This document shows positions 19,183 through 28,708 of a DNA stretch of 64,000 nt, in pieces (within the stretch, counting starts at the first letter, position 1; each line of letters opens with the position of its first letter). The stretch is from NCBI GenBank assembly GCA_963770565.1, contig CAVYQE010000002.1:704001-768000 (forward strand), read 5' to 3'. Position numbers and translations under genes: made by a program. This DNA comes from an uncultured Actinomycetota bacterium (GTDB lineage: Bacteria > Actinomycetota > Actinomycetes > JAFAQI01). Below the pieces are notes generated by a model. It worked only from the letters and a program-made list of their open reading frames with translations. It did not search any database and was not told where the DNA came from.

Positions 19183-20069
19183 CGCAACCCTTCGTGCTGG
19201 ACGGTCATGCCGACCGACTGGTAGAGCCTGGTCGCTCCGGTCAGGCTGTCGGCATCCACGCCCAGGCCGACCTTGGGCAGGCCACGGCGATAGAACTCGG
19301 CAAACGCGTTGAGTAGCAACGCTTTTGCCAGCCCGCGGCCGCGATACTCCCGCAGCGTCCCGAGCACGTCGACGTAACCGGACTCCGGCAGCTCGTTGCC
19401 ATAGAGCCCTGCACCTGGAACACCGTCGACCGTGGCGAACCACCACAGCGACAGGTCCCGACACGACCCGTCGGCGGAGAGCGCCAGCCAGCGCTCGTAC
19501 GGCTCACGGATCGGATCGAAGTGGTCAAGGAACGCGATGTCGATCAACTCGTGCATCGTGCGCAGATCCGCCTCGGTGCGCTCGACCTGGCGAATCTCGA
19601 TGCCAGCCGGCAACTCGGGGACGACCGGTGGCTGGTCGAGGACGATGGCCATCCGGTAGAAACGGCGTACGACGGTGCCGCCGGCTCCTTCATACGTTCC
19701 GCGCTTCACTGTGTTCTTCGAGTTCGCGAAGACATGGGTCGGCAACCCGGGTCCGACCTCGGCTGACGTGCGGCGCAGCCAGTCGAACAAGACCTCGACG
19801 ACGGAGTCGTGGCTGCCAGGTCGCAGGATGATGTCGCCGAACACATTCGCGTGACCGGGAATCATCTCGACCCAGGAGTAGCCGAGCAGGTCTCCGGAGC
19901 CGTCCTCGACCACGGCAGCCACCAACTGGTCGTTGGCCAGATCGACGTTGATCTCGTCGATCGTCGTGTGCGGCTCGCCGACCTCGGCCAGATCGCTGAG
20001 CACCGCGAGGTCGAGGACCGCCTCGGCGTCGTCCGCCGTGGCCGCTCGCAGGTTGCCTACTGTGTTCAT
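19167..20069 (-). CDS. Tandem-GNAT N-acetyltransferase
   Basis: ATG at 20069; YRGRGLAKALL, VGLGVDADSLTGATRLYQSVGM. Confidence 0.85.
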   Translation of the reverse strand: MNTVGNLRAATADDAEAVLDLAVLSDLAEVGEPHTTIDEINVDLANDQLVAAVVEDGSGDLLGYSWVEMIPGHANVFGDIILRPGSHDSVVEVLFDWLRRTSAEVGPGLPTHVFANSKNTVKRGTYEGAGGTVVRRFYRMAIVLDQPPVVPELPAGIEIRQVERTEADLRTMHELIDIAFLDHFDPIREPYERWLALSADGSCRDLSLWWFATVDGVPGAGLYGNELPESGYVDVLGTLREYRGRGLAKALLLNAFAEFYRRGLPKVGLGVDADSLTGATRLYQSVGMTVQHEGLRYALP

Positions 20070-20130
20070 GTGACCAGGTTGGCGCACCCCTGCCGTGCGA
20101 CGCCAATGGATTCTCGGAGACGATAGAGAC

Positions 20131-20661
20131 ATGACTGCGCCCAGCGACCGCCCCGAACCCTTCCGCGTCGTGACCGTCGGGCCCGACGGAGCCCCGGTCG
20201 AGGACGCCCACCAGGCACCGGTCGACGAGGAGGAACAGGCCGAGGCAGTCAGCGAGATGGTCGAGCAACCCGCGAAGGTGATGCGGATCGGCTCGATGAT
20301 CAAGCAGTTGCTCGACGAAGTGCGCGCCGCACCGCTCGACGACGCGAGCCGGATCCGATTGAAGGAGATCCACGAGAACTCGATCAAGGAGCTTTCCACC
20401 GGCTTGGCACCGGAGCTCCGGGACGAGCTGGCCCGGTTGAGCCTGCCGTTCACCGGCGACGAAGTCCCGTCGGACGCCGAGCTGCGGATCGCGCAGGCGC
20501 AGCTCGTCGGCTGGCTCGAGGGCCTGTTCCACGGCATCCAGGCGACCCTGTTCGCCCAGCAGATGGCGGCCCGGGCGCAGCTCGAAGAGATGCGGCAGCG
20601 CGCGCTGCCGCCCGGTGCCGGCGGGCAACAGCAGCCGAACCAGCCCGGCCTGTACCTGTAA
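20131..20661 (+). CDS. bpa: Bacterial proteasome activator Bpa/PafE
   Basis: EQPAKVMRIGSMIKQLLDEVR, ELRIAQAQLVGWLEGLFHGIQ, C-terminal HbYX motif GLYL. Confidence 0.95.
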   Translation: MTAPSDRPEPFRVVTVGPDGAPVEDAHQAPVDEEEQAEAVSEMVEQPAKVMRIGSMIKQLLDEVRAAPLDDASRIRLKEIHENSIKELSTGLAPELRDELARLSLPFTGDEVPSDAELRIAQAQLVGWLEGLFHGIQATLFAQQMAARAQLEEMRQRALPPGAGGQQQPNQPGLYL

Positions 20662-20717
20662 CCACACGCGTGGCCCATTGGTGGGGCTATAGCCCCACGC
20701 ATGGGCCATTGGTGGGG
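20662..20717. repeat. 56-bp palindromic REP-like repeat, copy 2
   Basis: Inverted copy of 12587-12642, between the convergent bpa and HAD genes. Confidence 0.8.
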
Positions 20718-20723
20718 CGGCGG

Positions 20724-21524
20724 CTAGCGGCGGGCAAAGAGCCGTTCCAGGACCACGGCAACACCGTCGTCGTTGTTGCTCGCGGTGATCTCGTCGGCGA
20801 CCGCGAGCACGTCGGCGTGGGCGTTGGCCACCGCGACGCCGAGGCCGGCCCACGACAGGAGCTCGATGTCGTTGGGCATGTCGCCGAATGCCACCACGTC
20901 AGCAGCGCCGAGGCCACGGTCGTCGAGCAACCCGGCCAGCGTGCTCGCCTTTGTGACCCCGAGCGCGCTGATCTCGAGCAGCCCGTCAATCGAGGAGTGC
21001 GTCAGCGTCGCGACCGACTCACCGACGACTGCGCGCGCCAGGGCGAGCAACTCGTCCGCGCCCATGCCCTCGCGCCGGCCGAGCAGCTTCGACACCGGCT
21101 GGGTCATGAGTCCTTGGAGCTCACCGACCTCCGCCGGGGGTCGGGGATCCCAGCGCGGGCGGTAGCCGGGCTCGTGCGCAAAGCTGCCGTCGACCCGCTC
21201 GATCCCGAACTCGATGTCCGGTACGGCGGCCCGCAGCTGCGCCGCGATGCCGAGCGCAACGTCGACGTCCAGGGGTCGCGAGGCGATGATCTGCTCGGTC
21301 TCCAGGTCGAGGACCAAGGCGCCGTTCGCACAGATCACCAGCCCGCGGTGGCCGGTCGCGTCGGCGACGCCGGGCAGCCACCGCGGCGGGCGACCGGTCG
21401 CGATCACGATCAGCGCACCCGCATCGCTCGCGGCGGCAAGAGCATCCCTTGTGCGGGGGGAGATCGTGCCGTCGCTGCGCACGAGGGTGCCGTCAAGATC
21501 GGTCGCGACGACCGCAGGCGTCAT
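20724..21524 (-). CDS. Cof-type HAD-IIB hydrolase
   Basis: DLDGTL, ATGR, ICANGA, K motif, GDMPND; ATGA overlap with serS. Confidence 0.93.
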   Translation of the reverse strand: MTPAVVATDLDGTLVRSDGTISPRTRDALAAASDAGALIVIATGRPPRWLPGVADATGHRGLVICANGALVLDLETEQIIASRPLDVDVALGIAAQLRAAVPDIEFGIERVDGSFAHEPGYRPRWDPRPPAEVGELQGLMTQPVSKLLGRREGMGADELLALARAVVGESVATLTHSSIDGLLEISALGVTKASTLAGLLDDRGLGAADVVAFGDMPNDIELLSWAGLGVAVANAHADVLAVADEITASNNDDGVAVVLERLFARR

Positions 21525-22783
21525 ACCGGCTCGAGGGTCGTGCGACCCCCGAGATGCGGCTGCAACGCGGCCGGCACCCGCACCGACCCGTCGGCGCGCT
21601 GGTGGTACTCGAGCAGGCAGGCGATCGTTCGCGCGATCGCGCACAGCGTGCCGTTGAGGGTCGCCACCGGCGCCGGCCCATCGTCGGCGCGATACCGGAC
21701 GCCGAGCCGGCGCGCCTGGAACGTCGTGCAGTTCGACGTCGACGTCAGCTCGCGATAACGCCCCTGCGACGGGAACCACGCCTCGCAGTCGAACTTGCGG
21801 GCCGCGCTCGCACCGAGGTCGCCGGCCGCGACGTCGATCACCCGGTAGGGCAGCTCGAGCTTGGCCAGGAACTCCTTCTCCCAGGCCAGCAGCCGCTGGT
21901 GCTCGGCCTGCGCGTCCTCGGGCCGCACGAAGGAGAACATCTCGACCTTGTCGAACCAGTGCACCCGGATGATGCCCTTGGTGTCCTTGCCATACGAGCC
22001 GGCCTCGCGCCGAAAGCAGGACGAGAAGCCCGAATAGCGCCGCGGCAGATCAGCCGCGTCGAGCACCTCGTCGGAGTGCATGGCGGCGAGGGCGACCTCG
22101 CTCGTGCCGACCAGGTAGAGGTCGTCGTCCCGCAGCCGGTAGACCTCGGGCTCGTGCGCGCCGAGGAAGCCGGTGCCCTCCATCGCCTCGGGGCGGACCA
22201 GGGCCGGCGCGATCATCGGGATGAATCCGGCGGCGACCGCCTGCTCCATCGCCAGGTTGACCAGCGCCAGCTCGAGCAGTGCGCCGACTCCGGTCAGGAA
22301 GTAGAACCGCGCCCCGCTGACCTTCGCGCCGCGCTCGAAGTCGATCGCGCCGAGCGCGGTCCCGATCTCGACGTGGTCCCGAACCTCGAAGTCGTACGAC
22401 GGCACCTCGCCGACCGTCTCGATCACGACTGAGTCGTCCTCGCCCCCGACCGGCGCCTCGGCCTCGACCAGATTTGCGATCAGGTAGGCAGCCGCGCGCA
22501 GTGCAGCGTCGGCGGCGGTCTGCTCGGCCTCCGCCGCCTTGACCTCGTCCTTGAGCTGCTTGGCGCGCTCGATCATGGCCGGCCGCTCGTCAGCCGTCGC
22601 GGTCTGGATCGCCTTGCTGGCGAGGTTCGCCTCGGCGCGCAGCGAGTCAGCGCGCGTGACCGCCGCGCGCCGGCGCTCGTCGGCGGCAAGGGCGTTGTCG
22701 ACAGCGGCCGGATCCTCGCCGCGCGCGGTCTGGCTGCGCCGGAAGTCCTCCGGTGCCTCGCGCAGTGCTCGCAGGTCAATCAC
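21521..22783 (-). CDS. serS: Serine--tRNA ligase
   Basis: N-terminal coiled coil; [38 protein letters not shown]. Confidence 0.97.
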   Translation of the reverse strand: MIDLRALREAPEDFRRSQTARGEDPAAVDNALAADERRRAAVTRADSLRAEANLASKAIQTATADERPAMIERAKQLKDEVKAAEAEQTAADAALRAAAYLIANLVEAEAPVGGEDDSVVIETVGEVPSYDFEVRDHVEIGTALGAIDFERGAKVSGARFYFLTGVGALLELALVNLAMEQAVAAGFIPMIAPALVRPEAMEGTGFLGAHEPEVYRLRDDDLYLVGTSEVALAAMHSDEVLDAADLPRRYSGFSSCFRREAGSYGKDTKGIIRVHWFDKVEMFSFVRPEDAQAEHQRLLAWEKEFLAKLELPYRVIDVAAGDLGASAARKFDCEAWFPSQGRYRELTSTSNCTTFQARRLGVRYRADDGPAPVATLNGTLCAIARTIACLLEYHQRADGSVRVPAALQPHLGGRTTLEPV

Positions 22784-22806
22784 GGGAAGCCAGGTTAGTG
22801 GGACCG

Positions 22807-23742
22807 TCAGCCGGCTTCGCCGCGGCGCAGTTGATCGACCCAGGCCGCGGCATCGGTGAAGTCGACGTCGGCGGTGCCCCGGCGCTCGGTCGGCGCGCTG
22901 CCGTCGGCGGTCGGATACGAGCCGAGGAACCGTACGTCGGCGCACAGCCGGCGAAGCGCGGCAAGGGCCTCGGCCACCCGGGCCTGGGCGATGTGACCCT
23001 CGGCGTCCATCGAGAAGCAGTAGCGGCCGAGCCCAACGCCGGTCGGGCGCGACTCGATCCGGGTCAAGTTGACCCCGCGCACGGCGAGTTCGGTCAACAC
23101 CTCGAGCAGCGCGCCCGGATGATCATCGGCGATGTAGGCCACCAGGCTGGTCCGGTCGGCACCAGTCTGCGGTGGCGGCGGGCCGGGCGGTGCCACCAGG
23201 ACGAATCGGGTGACCGCGCCAGGAGTGTCCGCGATGTCGTCGGCCAGGGTCTCCAGGGCGTAGTGCTCGGCGGCGAGCGGCGCAGCGACCGCCGCGTCGG
23301 CCTCACCGGCGGCCACCGCTCGGGCGCCGTCCGCCGTACTCGACGCTGCGATGAACCGCGCGGACGGCAAGGTACGGCGCAGCCAACCGCGGACCTGGGC
23401 CTCGGCGTGCGGGATGGTCGTCACGGTCGTGACGCCGGCGAGCGTCGTGCCGGGGCGGACCATCAGGGCGAACGAGACGCTGACCTGAACCTCGCGGACG
23501 ATCTGCAGCGGTGAGCCGGCCGCCAGCTCGTCGAGGGTCTCGGCGACCGAGCCCTCGACCGAGTTCTCCAGCGGCACCAACGCGGCCGACACCTCGCCAC
23601 GGCGAACCGCGTCCAAGGCGTCCGCCACCGAGACGTACGGGAGCCGGTCCACGCCCTGCGCAGCCGGTAGCGAGCGCAACGCGGCCTCGGAGAAGGTGCC
23701 TTCGGGGCCGAGATAGCCGTACCGCGCGGGAGGCGTGCCCAT
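22807..23742 (-). CDS. pheA: Prephenate dehydratase
   Basis: [21 protein letters not shown], and ACT domain with NLTRIESRP and FLGSYP. Confidence 0.96.
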   Translation of the reverse strand: MGTPPARYGYLGPEGTFSEAALRSLPAAQGVDRLPYVSVADALDAVRRGEVSAALVPLENSVEGSVAETLDELAAGSPLQIVREVQVSVSFALMVRPGTTLAGVTTVTTIPHAEAQVRGWLRRTLPSARFIAASSTADGARAVAAGEADAAVAAPLAAEHYALETLADDIADTPGAVTRFVLVAPPGPPPPQTGADRTSLVAYIADDHPGALLEVLTELAVRGVNLTRIESRPTGVGLGRYCFSMDAEGHIAQARVAEALAALRRLCADVRFLGSYPTADGSAPTERRGTADVDFTDAAAWVDQLRRGEAG

Positions 23743-23745
23743 CGG

Positions 23746-24246
23746 TCAGGCCTTGACCTTGCGACCGAGCGCGAGCGCGATCGCCTGGGTCTCCTCAGGC
23801 GAGAGCACCTGGTCGCTATGACCTTCCTTGACACCCTTTGCGTAGGCGCGGGCCTCGGTGCGGCCGTTGATCGACGTGATCACGAGTCCGTCGCCGGAGT
23901 CGTCGAGCAATGCCGCCGTGAACGACATCCGCCCGCCCATGTCGCCGAACGCGTCGTATCGCACCACCGCGACATGGCGTAACGCATCGGCGAGCTGGCC
24001 GCGAGCGATGTCGAGCTCGCTCTTCGCCCGCGCCAGCTCGGACCGCAGTGCCTGGGTCTCCGCCACCCCGCGAGTCATCGCATCGAGCACGCCCTCCTGC
24101 CCGTTCGGCCCGTCGAGAACGGACAATCCGCGCCGGAGTCGCCGGATCCGGAGGTTGGCCATGAAGCCGCTGATCAGGCCGAGAACCGCCACCCCCGACG
24201 CCGCCAGAGTGATCTCGTCAAGCAGCGGACGATGCAGGGGCAGCAC
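23746..24246 (-). CDS. DUF4446-family membrane protein (start approximate)
   Basis: N-terminal TM, coiled coil, VVRYDAFGDMGGRMSF...R.YAK...LSPEE. Confidence 0.82.
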   Translation of the reverse strand: MLPLHRPLLDEITLAASGVAVLGLISGFMANLRIRRLRRGLSVLDGPNGQEGVLDAMTRGVAETQALRSELARAKSELDIARGQLADALRHVAVVRYDAFGDMGGRMSFTAALLDDSGDGLVITSINGRTEARAYAKGVKEGHSDQVLSPEETQAIALALGRKVKA

Positions 24247-24343
24247 AGCAGGGCAGCCTAATGCCTCAACCTCGGGCTCTTGACCCGATCCACGAACAGG
24301 GCGCATCACCGGCAATCCAGCCGCCGGGATTAGGGTCGCTGCC

Positions 24344-25111
24344 GTGGACGCCGAGGAGCTACGGAGCCTGCTCGACGGCGTCGCTGCCGGCACGACGACA
24401 GCCGAAGCGGCCGCCCGGGAGCTCGCAGCCGCGCCATTCGCCGGCTTCACCGACCTCGGCTTCGCCAAGCTCGATCACCACCGGGGGATGCGCACCGGCG
24501 ACCCCGAGGTGATCTACGCCGCCGGCAAGACCGACGACCAGGTCATCGCCCTGCTGACCGTACTGCAGCAGGCTCCCGGCGACCGGCCGGCGATGGCCAC
24601 CCGCCTCACGCCCTCGATGCTCGCGCGGGTACGGGAGGCGTTCCCGGACGCGACCGTCGACGAGACGGCCGGCTGCGTCGTACTGGGCCCGATGCCGGAG
24701 CCGAGTGGCGAGGTCGTCGTCGTGTCCGCGGGAACCAGCGACGAGCCGGTCGCGGGCGAAGCCGCGCTGGTCGCGCGCGCCTTCGGGGCGGACGTCCGCC
24801 GGGTCTGCGACGTCGGCGTGGCCGGCCTGCACCGCCTGCTCGCTGAGCGCGACACGCTCGCCGGTGCCGACTGCTTGGTCGTCGTCGCGGGCATGGAAGG
24901 AGCACTGCCCAGCGTTGTCGGCGGGCTGGTGGGCACCCCGATCGTCGCGGTGCCGACCAGCGTCGGGTACGGCGCCTCCTTCGGAGGAATCGCGGCGCTG
25001 CTCGCGATGCTCAACTCCTGCGCTCCCGGCGTCACAGTTGTGAACATCGACAACGGGTTCGGGGCCGGCGTCTTCGCCGCCAGGGTGGCGCGCCGGAGCA
25101 GCGCCCGATGA
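24344..25111 (+). CDS. larB: Nickel-pincer cofactor biosynthesis protein LarB
   Basis: DHHR..RTG.PEVI, AGTSD, DVGVAGLHRL, AGMEGALPSVVGG, PTSVGYG, LNSCAPG, VVNIDNGFGA. Confidence 0.94.
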   Translation: MDAEELRSLLDGVAAGTTTAEAAARELAAAPFAGFTDLGFAKLDHHRGMRTGDPEVIYAAGKTDDQVIALLTVLQQAPGDRPAMATRLTPSMLARVREAFPDATVDETAGCVVLGPMPEPSGEVVVVSAGTSDEPVAGEAALVARAFGADVRRVCDVGVAGLHRLLAERDTLAGADCLVVVAGMEGALPSVVGGLVGTPIVAVPTSVGYGASFGGIAALLAMLNSCAPGVTVVNIDNGFGAGVFAARVARRSSAR

Positions 25112-26292
25112 GCCGAGCCGGCTGGCTGGACTGCTCAAGCGGCGTCAGCGGCGACATGCTCCTCGGCGCGTTGCACGGCCTCGGCACCCTCGCCGAACTG
25201 CCCGCGCTAGTCGCCTCACTCGCGGATCTCGACGTCTCATGCACTCCGGTCGAGACCACGCGGCACGGCCTCGCCGCGATCTCCGTCGAGGTGGCGTCGA
25301 GCCCGGACCAGCCGACGCGAGGTCTCGACGACGTACTCGGGATCGTCGGTCGCGCCGCCCTACCGGACCCCGCCCGGCTTCGTGCCGCCGCGGTCTTCCG
25401 GCGACTGGCGGCAGTCGAGGGCGCGATCCACGGGGTGGCGCCCGAAGCGGTGCACTTCCACGAGGTCGGCGCGGTCGACTCGATCGTCGATGTCCTGGCC
25501 GGCTGCCTCGGTCTGCATCAGCTCGGGCTCGACGAGCTGGTCGTGTCACCGATCGCGCTGGGTGGCGGGACCGTCGCCGCCGCACACGGACGACTGCCGG
25601 TGCCGACGCCGGCCGCCCTCGGCCTGCTGGCCGGCAGCCACCTGGTCGGTCACGGCGGCCCTGTCAACGTCGAGCTCGCGACCCCGACCGGGATCGCGCT
25701 GCTCGCCGAGTGGTCGACCGCGAGCGGTGCCATGCCGGCCTTGGCGGTCGACGCGATCGGCGTCGGAGCAGGCTCCCGCGATCTCGACGACCGCGCCAAC
25801 GTCGTACGGCTCGTCGTCGGCACCCGCGCGGCCGAACCGACCGGCGAGGGCGGGTGGGAGGTCGTCGCCGCCAACGTGGACGATCTCGACCCCAGGTTGT
25901 GGCCGGGCGTGATCGACCGCTTGCTGAGCGCCGGAGCCGCGGACGCCTGGCTCACCCCGATCCTGATGAAGAAGGGCCGACCGGCGCACACGATCAGCGC
26001 GCTCGTCGCCACCGAAGCCGCGGAGGCAATCCGTACGGTGCTCACGACCGAGACCTCGACGATCGGCGTGCGGACCGGGACGGTCACGAAGCACGCCCTC
26101 GACCGCAGCTGGATGACCGTCGACGTCGACGGCCAGCAGATCCGGGTGAAGCTCGCGCATCGGGACGGGCAGCGGACCAACGTCACGCCCGAGTTCGAGG
26201 ACGTCGCGGCGGCCGCGCTTGCCCTCGGGGTGCCGGCCAAAGACCTGCTGGCGCGGGCGACCTCGGCCGCCCTACGCGCACTCGACGGCTAG
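25108..26292 (+). CDS. larC: Nickel-pincer cofactor nickel insertase LarC
   Basis: DCSSGVSGDMLLGAL, HFHEVGAVDSIVD, HGRLPVPTPA, TPTG, MKKGRP, PEFED. Confidence 0.94.
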   Translation: MSRAGWLDCSSGVSGDMLLGALHGLGTLAELPALVASLADLDVSCTPVETTRHGLAAISVEVASSPDQPTRGLDDVLGIVGRAALPDPARLRAAAVFRRLAAVEGAIHGVAPEAVHFHEVGAVDSIVDVLAGCLGLHQLGLDELVVSPIALGGGTVAAAHGRLPVPTPAALGLLAGSHLVGHGGPVNVELATPTGIALLAEWSTASGAMPALAVDAIGVGAGSRDLDDRANVVRLVVGTRAAEPTGEGGWEVVAANVDDLDPRLWPGVIDRLLSAGAADAWLTPILMKKGRPAHTISALVATEAAEAIRTVLTTETSTIGVRTGTVTKHALDRSWMTVDVDGQQIRVKLAHRDGQRTNVTPEFEDVAAAALALGVPAKDLLARATSAALRALDG

Positions 26293-26295
26293 CCG

Positions 26296-26901
26296 ATGAG
26301 CCTTTCCGTCATCGCGACCGTGTTCGCGCTGATCGTTCCTGCGGAGCTGCCGGACAAGACCTTCATCGCGTCGCTGGTGCTGGCGACCCGATTCCGCGCC
26401 GGCCCGGTCTTCATCGGCGCCGGGCTCGGCTTCGCGGTCCAGTGCGCGATCGCGGTTGCCGCCGGCAGTGCAGTGTCGCTGCTGCCGGCCACTCCAGTGC
26501 ACGCGGTCAGCGCCGCGATCTTCGCGTTAGGTGCGGTCGTGATGCTGCGGGAGAACTCCGACCCGCGCGAGGAGGAGAGCAGCGTCGAGGCGGAGATCGC
26601 CGAGGTCAGTGCGGAGCCCAGCGCCCGGCGGGTGATGCTGACCAGCTTCGTCGTACTGTTCGTCGCCGAGTGGGGCGACCTCACCCAGCTGCTAACTGCA
26701 TCGCTGAGTGCGAAATACCACGACCCTGCTTCGGTTTTCACCGGCTCGCTGGCCGGGCTGCTGCTCGTTGCCGCCGTCGCGGTCGTGGGTGGCAAGGCGA
26801 TGCTGCGGGTGATTCCCCTGGTCTGGGTACGCCGGATCGCTGCGCTTGCCTTTGCCGTCGTCGCGATCATCACCGCGCTCGAGGCGGCGAAGGTCCTGTA
26901 G
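26296..26901 (+). CDS. TMEM165/GDT1 (UPF0016) cation exporter
   Basis: Two E.(G/P)D.T motifs: AELPDKT and AEWGDLTQ. Confidence 0.9.
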   Translation: MSLSVIATVFALIVPAELPDKTFIASLVLATRFRAGPVFIGAGLGFAVQCAIAVAAGSAVSLLPATPVHAVSAAIFALGAVVMLRENSDPREEESSVEAEIAEVSAEPSARRVMLTSFVVLFVAEWGDLTQLLTASLSAKYHDPASVFTGSLAGLLLVAAVAVVGGKAMLRVIPLVWVRRIAALAFAVVAIITALEAAKVL

Positions 26902-26920
26902 CGACCGGCGACGAGTCGGC

Positions 26921-27433
26921 CTAGCGCCCCGAGATCCGGGCCAGGAAGGTGATCGAGCCGAGGATCTTGCCCGCGGCGTCGCGGATCGAAGCCGACGATG
27001 AATCGAGCGTCACGATCGCGCCGTCCGCGTGCCGCACCCGCATGAGGCTCCGTGCCAACCCGGGTGAGTTGAGGACGACCAGCGGCGTGATCCGGGAGGC
27101 GTACTCAGGGTGCGCCGTACCGGTCTCGAGGTCGACCAGGTTGACGACATCGAGGATGCTCCGGCCGATCACGGTCTCGTCGCCGCAACCCAGCAGCTCG
27201 ACGCCGGCGACCGACACACTGATCACGGCGCCATTCGCGTCAAGGGCGAAGCAGGCGTCGTGTGCCGCAGCGACCGCGGCGCTCCATCGGCTCAGCGACG
27301 TCGAGTTGTTCGCGCGCTCGGTCGCCGGCGGCTGGGCCGATTCGACATCGGGCATCGTGAGCACGGCGGGCTGCTCCGCGGGAGCGGTCGTCGCCGGCTC
27401 GAGGTGCTCGAGCCGCAGGATCAAGCTGGGCAA
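26921..27433 (-). CDS. Stand-alone PAS-domain protein
   Basis: ACFALDANGAVISVS...ELLG....VIGRSI...RHADG...IRDAAGKILG, a PAS/PAC pattern. Confidence 0.75.
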   Translation of the reverse strand: MPSLILRLEHLEPATTAPAEQPAVLTMPDVESAQPPATERANNSTSLSRWSAAVAAAHDACFALDANGAVISVSVAGVELLGCGDETVIGRSILDVVNLVDLETGTAHPEYASRITPLVVLNSPGLARSLMRVRHADGAIVTLDSSSASIRDAAGKILGSITFLARISGR

Positions 27434-27569
27434 TGCCGATGTCCCCCGCTCGTGACGTCGTGGTGGGTTTCACGACGACTGACTGCGTGGTCAGTTCTCG
27501 ACCTCAGTATGAATGGGTTTTGGTGACCCGGTTACGCCGGTTGGTGCAACCGGAACTACCGCATAAGGG

Positions 27570-28469
27570 TCAGTCACCACGCCCGGTCATGGAGAATCGC
27601 AGCTTTGCCATCATATTCTCCGCACCGGGCTCGATCCCCGACTCGTCGAACAACCGTTGCGCCGCCTCGACGAACTGGCCGGGATCCCAGCGCTGACCGC
27701 CGTTCTGGATGACCGCCACCGAGGTGTGCGGGCGATAGATCTCGACCGAGTCCCCCTGCACGCCGAACACCTTGCCGGAGATGTGCGCGGACGCATCGCT
27801 GCACAGATAGGTGACAAACGGAGCGACGTTGTCCGGGTGCCAGAAGTCGAAGTCGGCGTCGTCGCGCTGAATCTCGCCGTACGCGCCTTCGGTCATCCGG
27901 GTGCGCGCGGCCGGCGCAATCGCGTTGCAGGTCACGTTGTGGCGCTTCATCTCCTGGGCCACGATCGTCGAGAAGGCCGCGATCCCGGCCTTGGCCGCCC
28001 CGTAGTTCGTCTGCCCGAAGTTGCCCAGCAACCCGGAGGTCGACGCCGTGCAGACCACGTGTCCCGGCCGGGCCTCGGTCTTCCAGTAGTCGCACGCCGC
28101 GTGGGTCAACCCGTAATGTCCGCGCAGATGCACCTTGATGACGGCGTCCCACTCCTCGGGCGTCATCTTCACCAAGGTCCGGTCGCGCAGGATGCCGGCG
28201 TTGTTGACCACCGCATCGAGGTGGCCGAACTCATCGATCGCCTGCTGCACAAGGCCACTGGCGACCTCGATCTCGCTGCAGTCACCGAGTCCGACGACCG
28301 CCGAGCCACCGGCCGCCCGGATCTCCGCGACCACGTCGGCGGCGGCCGCCTCGTCGACCTCGCCGACCACCACGGCCGCGCCCTGCCGAGCGAGCTCGAT
28401 CGCCTCGCCCCGGCCGATCCCGCGGCCGGCGCCCGTGACGATCGCCACCTTGTCCTGCATCAACGTCAT
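27570..28469 (-). CDS. SDR-family oxidoreductase
   Basis: TGAGRGIG, NNAGILRD, YGAAK. Confidence 0.93.
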   Translation of the reverse strand: MTLMQDKVAIVTGAGRGIGRGEAIELARQGAAVVVGEVDEAAAADVVAEIRAAGGSAVVGLGDCSEIEVASGLVQQAIDEFGHLDAVVNNAGILRDRTLVKMTPEEWDAVIKVHLRGHYGLTHAACDYWKTEARPGHVVCTASTSGLLGNFGQTNYGAAKAGIAAFSTIVAQEMKRHNVTCNAIAPAARTRMTEGAYGEIQRDDADFDFWHPDNVAPFVTYLCSDASAHISGKVFGVQGDSVEIYRPHTSVAVIQNGGQRWDPGQFVEAAQRLFDESGIEPGAENMMAKLRFSMTGRGD

Positions 28470-28533
28470 GGGCAGACATTCAACCGGATCGACCGAGCGG
28501 GCCCGTGGCCGCACCACAGGACCACGAGAACGG

Positions 28534-28699
28534 CCTAGTGTCCCGTCTTCGAAGTCCCTTGCCACGATGCGGCGTCCAGGTGTGCGCTCGCAAGGCGGAG
28601 GAGGAGTGCAATGGCAGCGTCATTGCCGACGACGACAACGCAGCGAGCGTGCATCTGGGCGCCGCAGGAGGCAAAAGGACTTCGGAGACGGGGCACTAG
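28534..28699. mobile_element. ~165-bp MITE/REPIN-like fold-back element with CTAG ends
   Basis: cctagtgtcccgtcttcgaagtcccttgcc pairs with ggcaaaaggacttcggagacgggcactagg; internal arms also pair; no ORF. Confidence 0.68.
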
Positions 28700-28708
28700 G
28701 CTGCCGAC

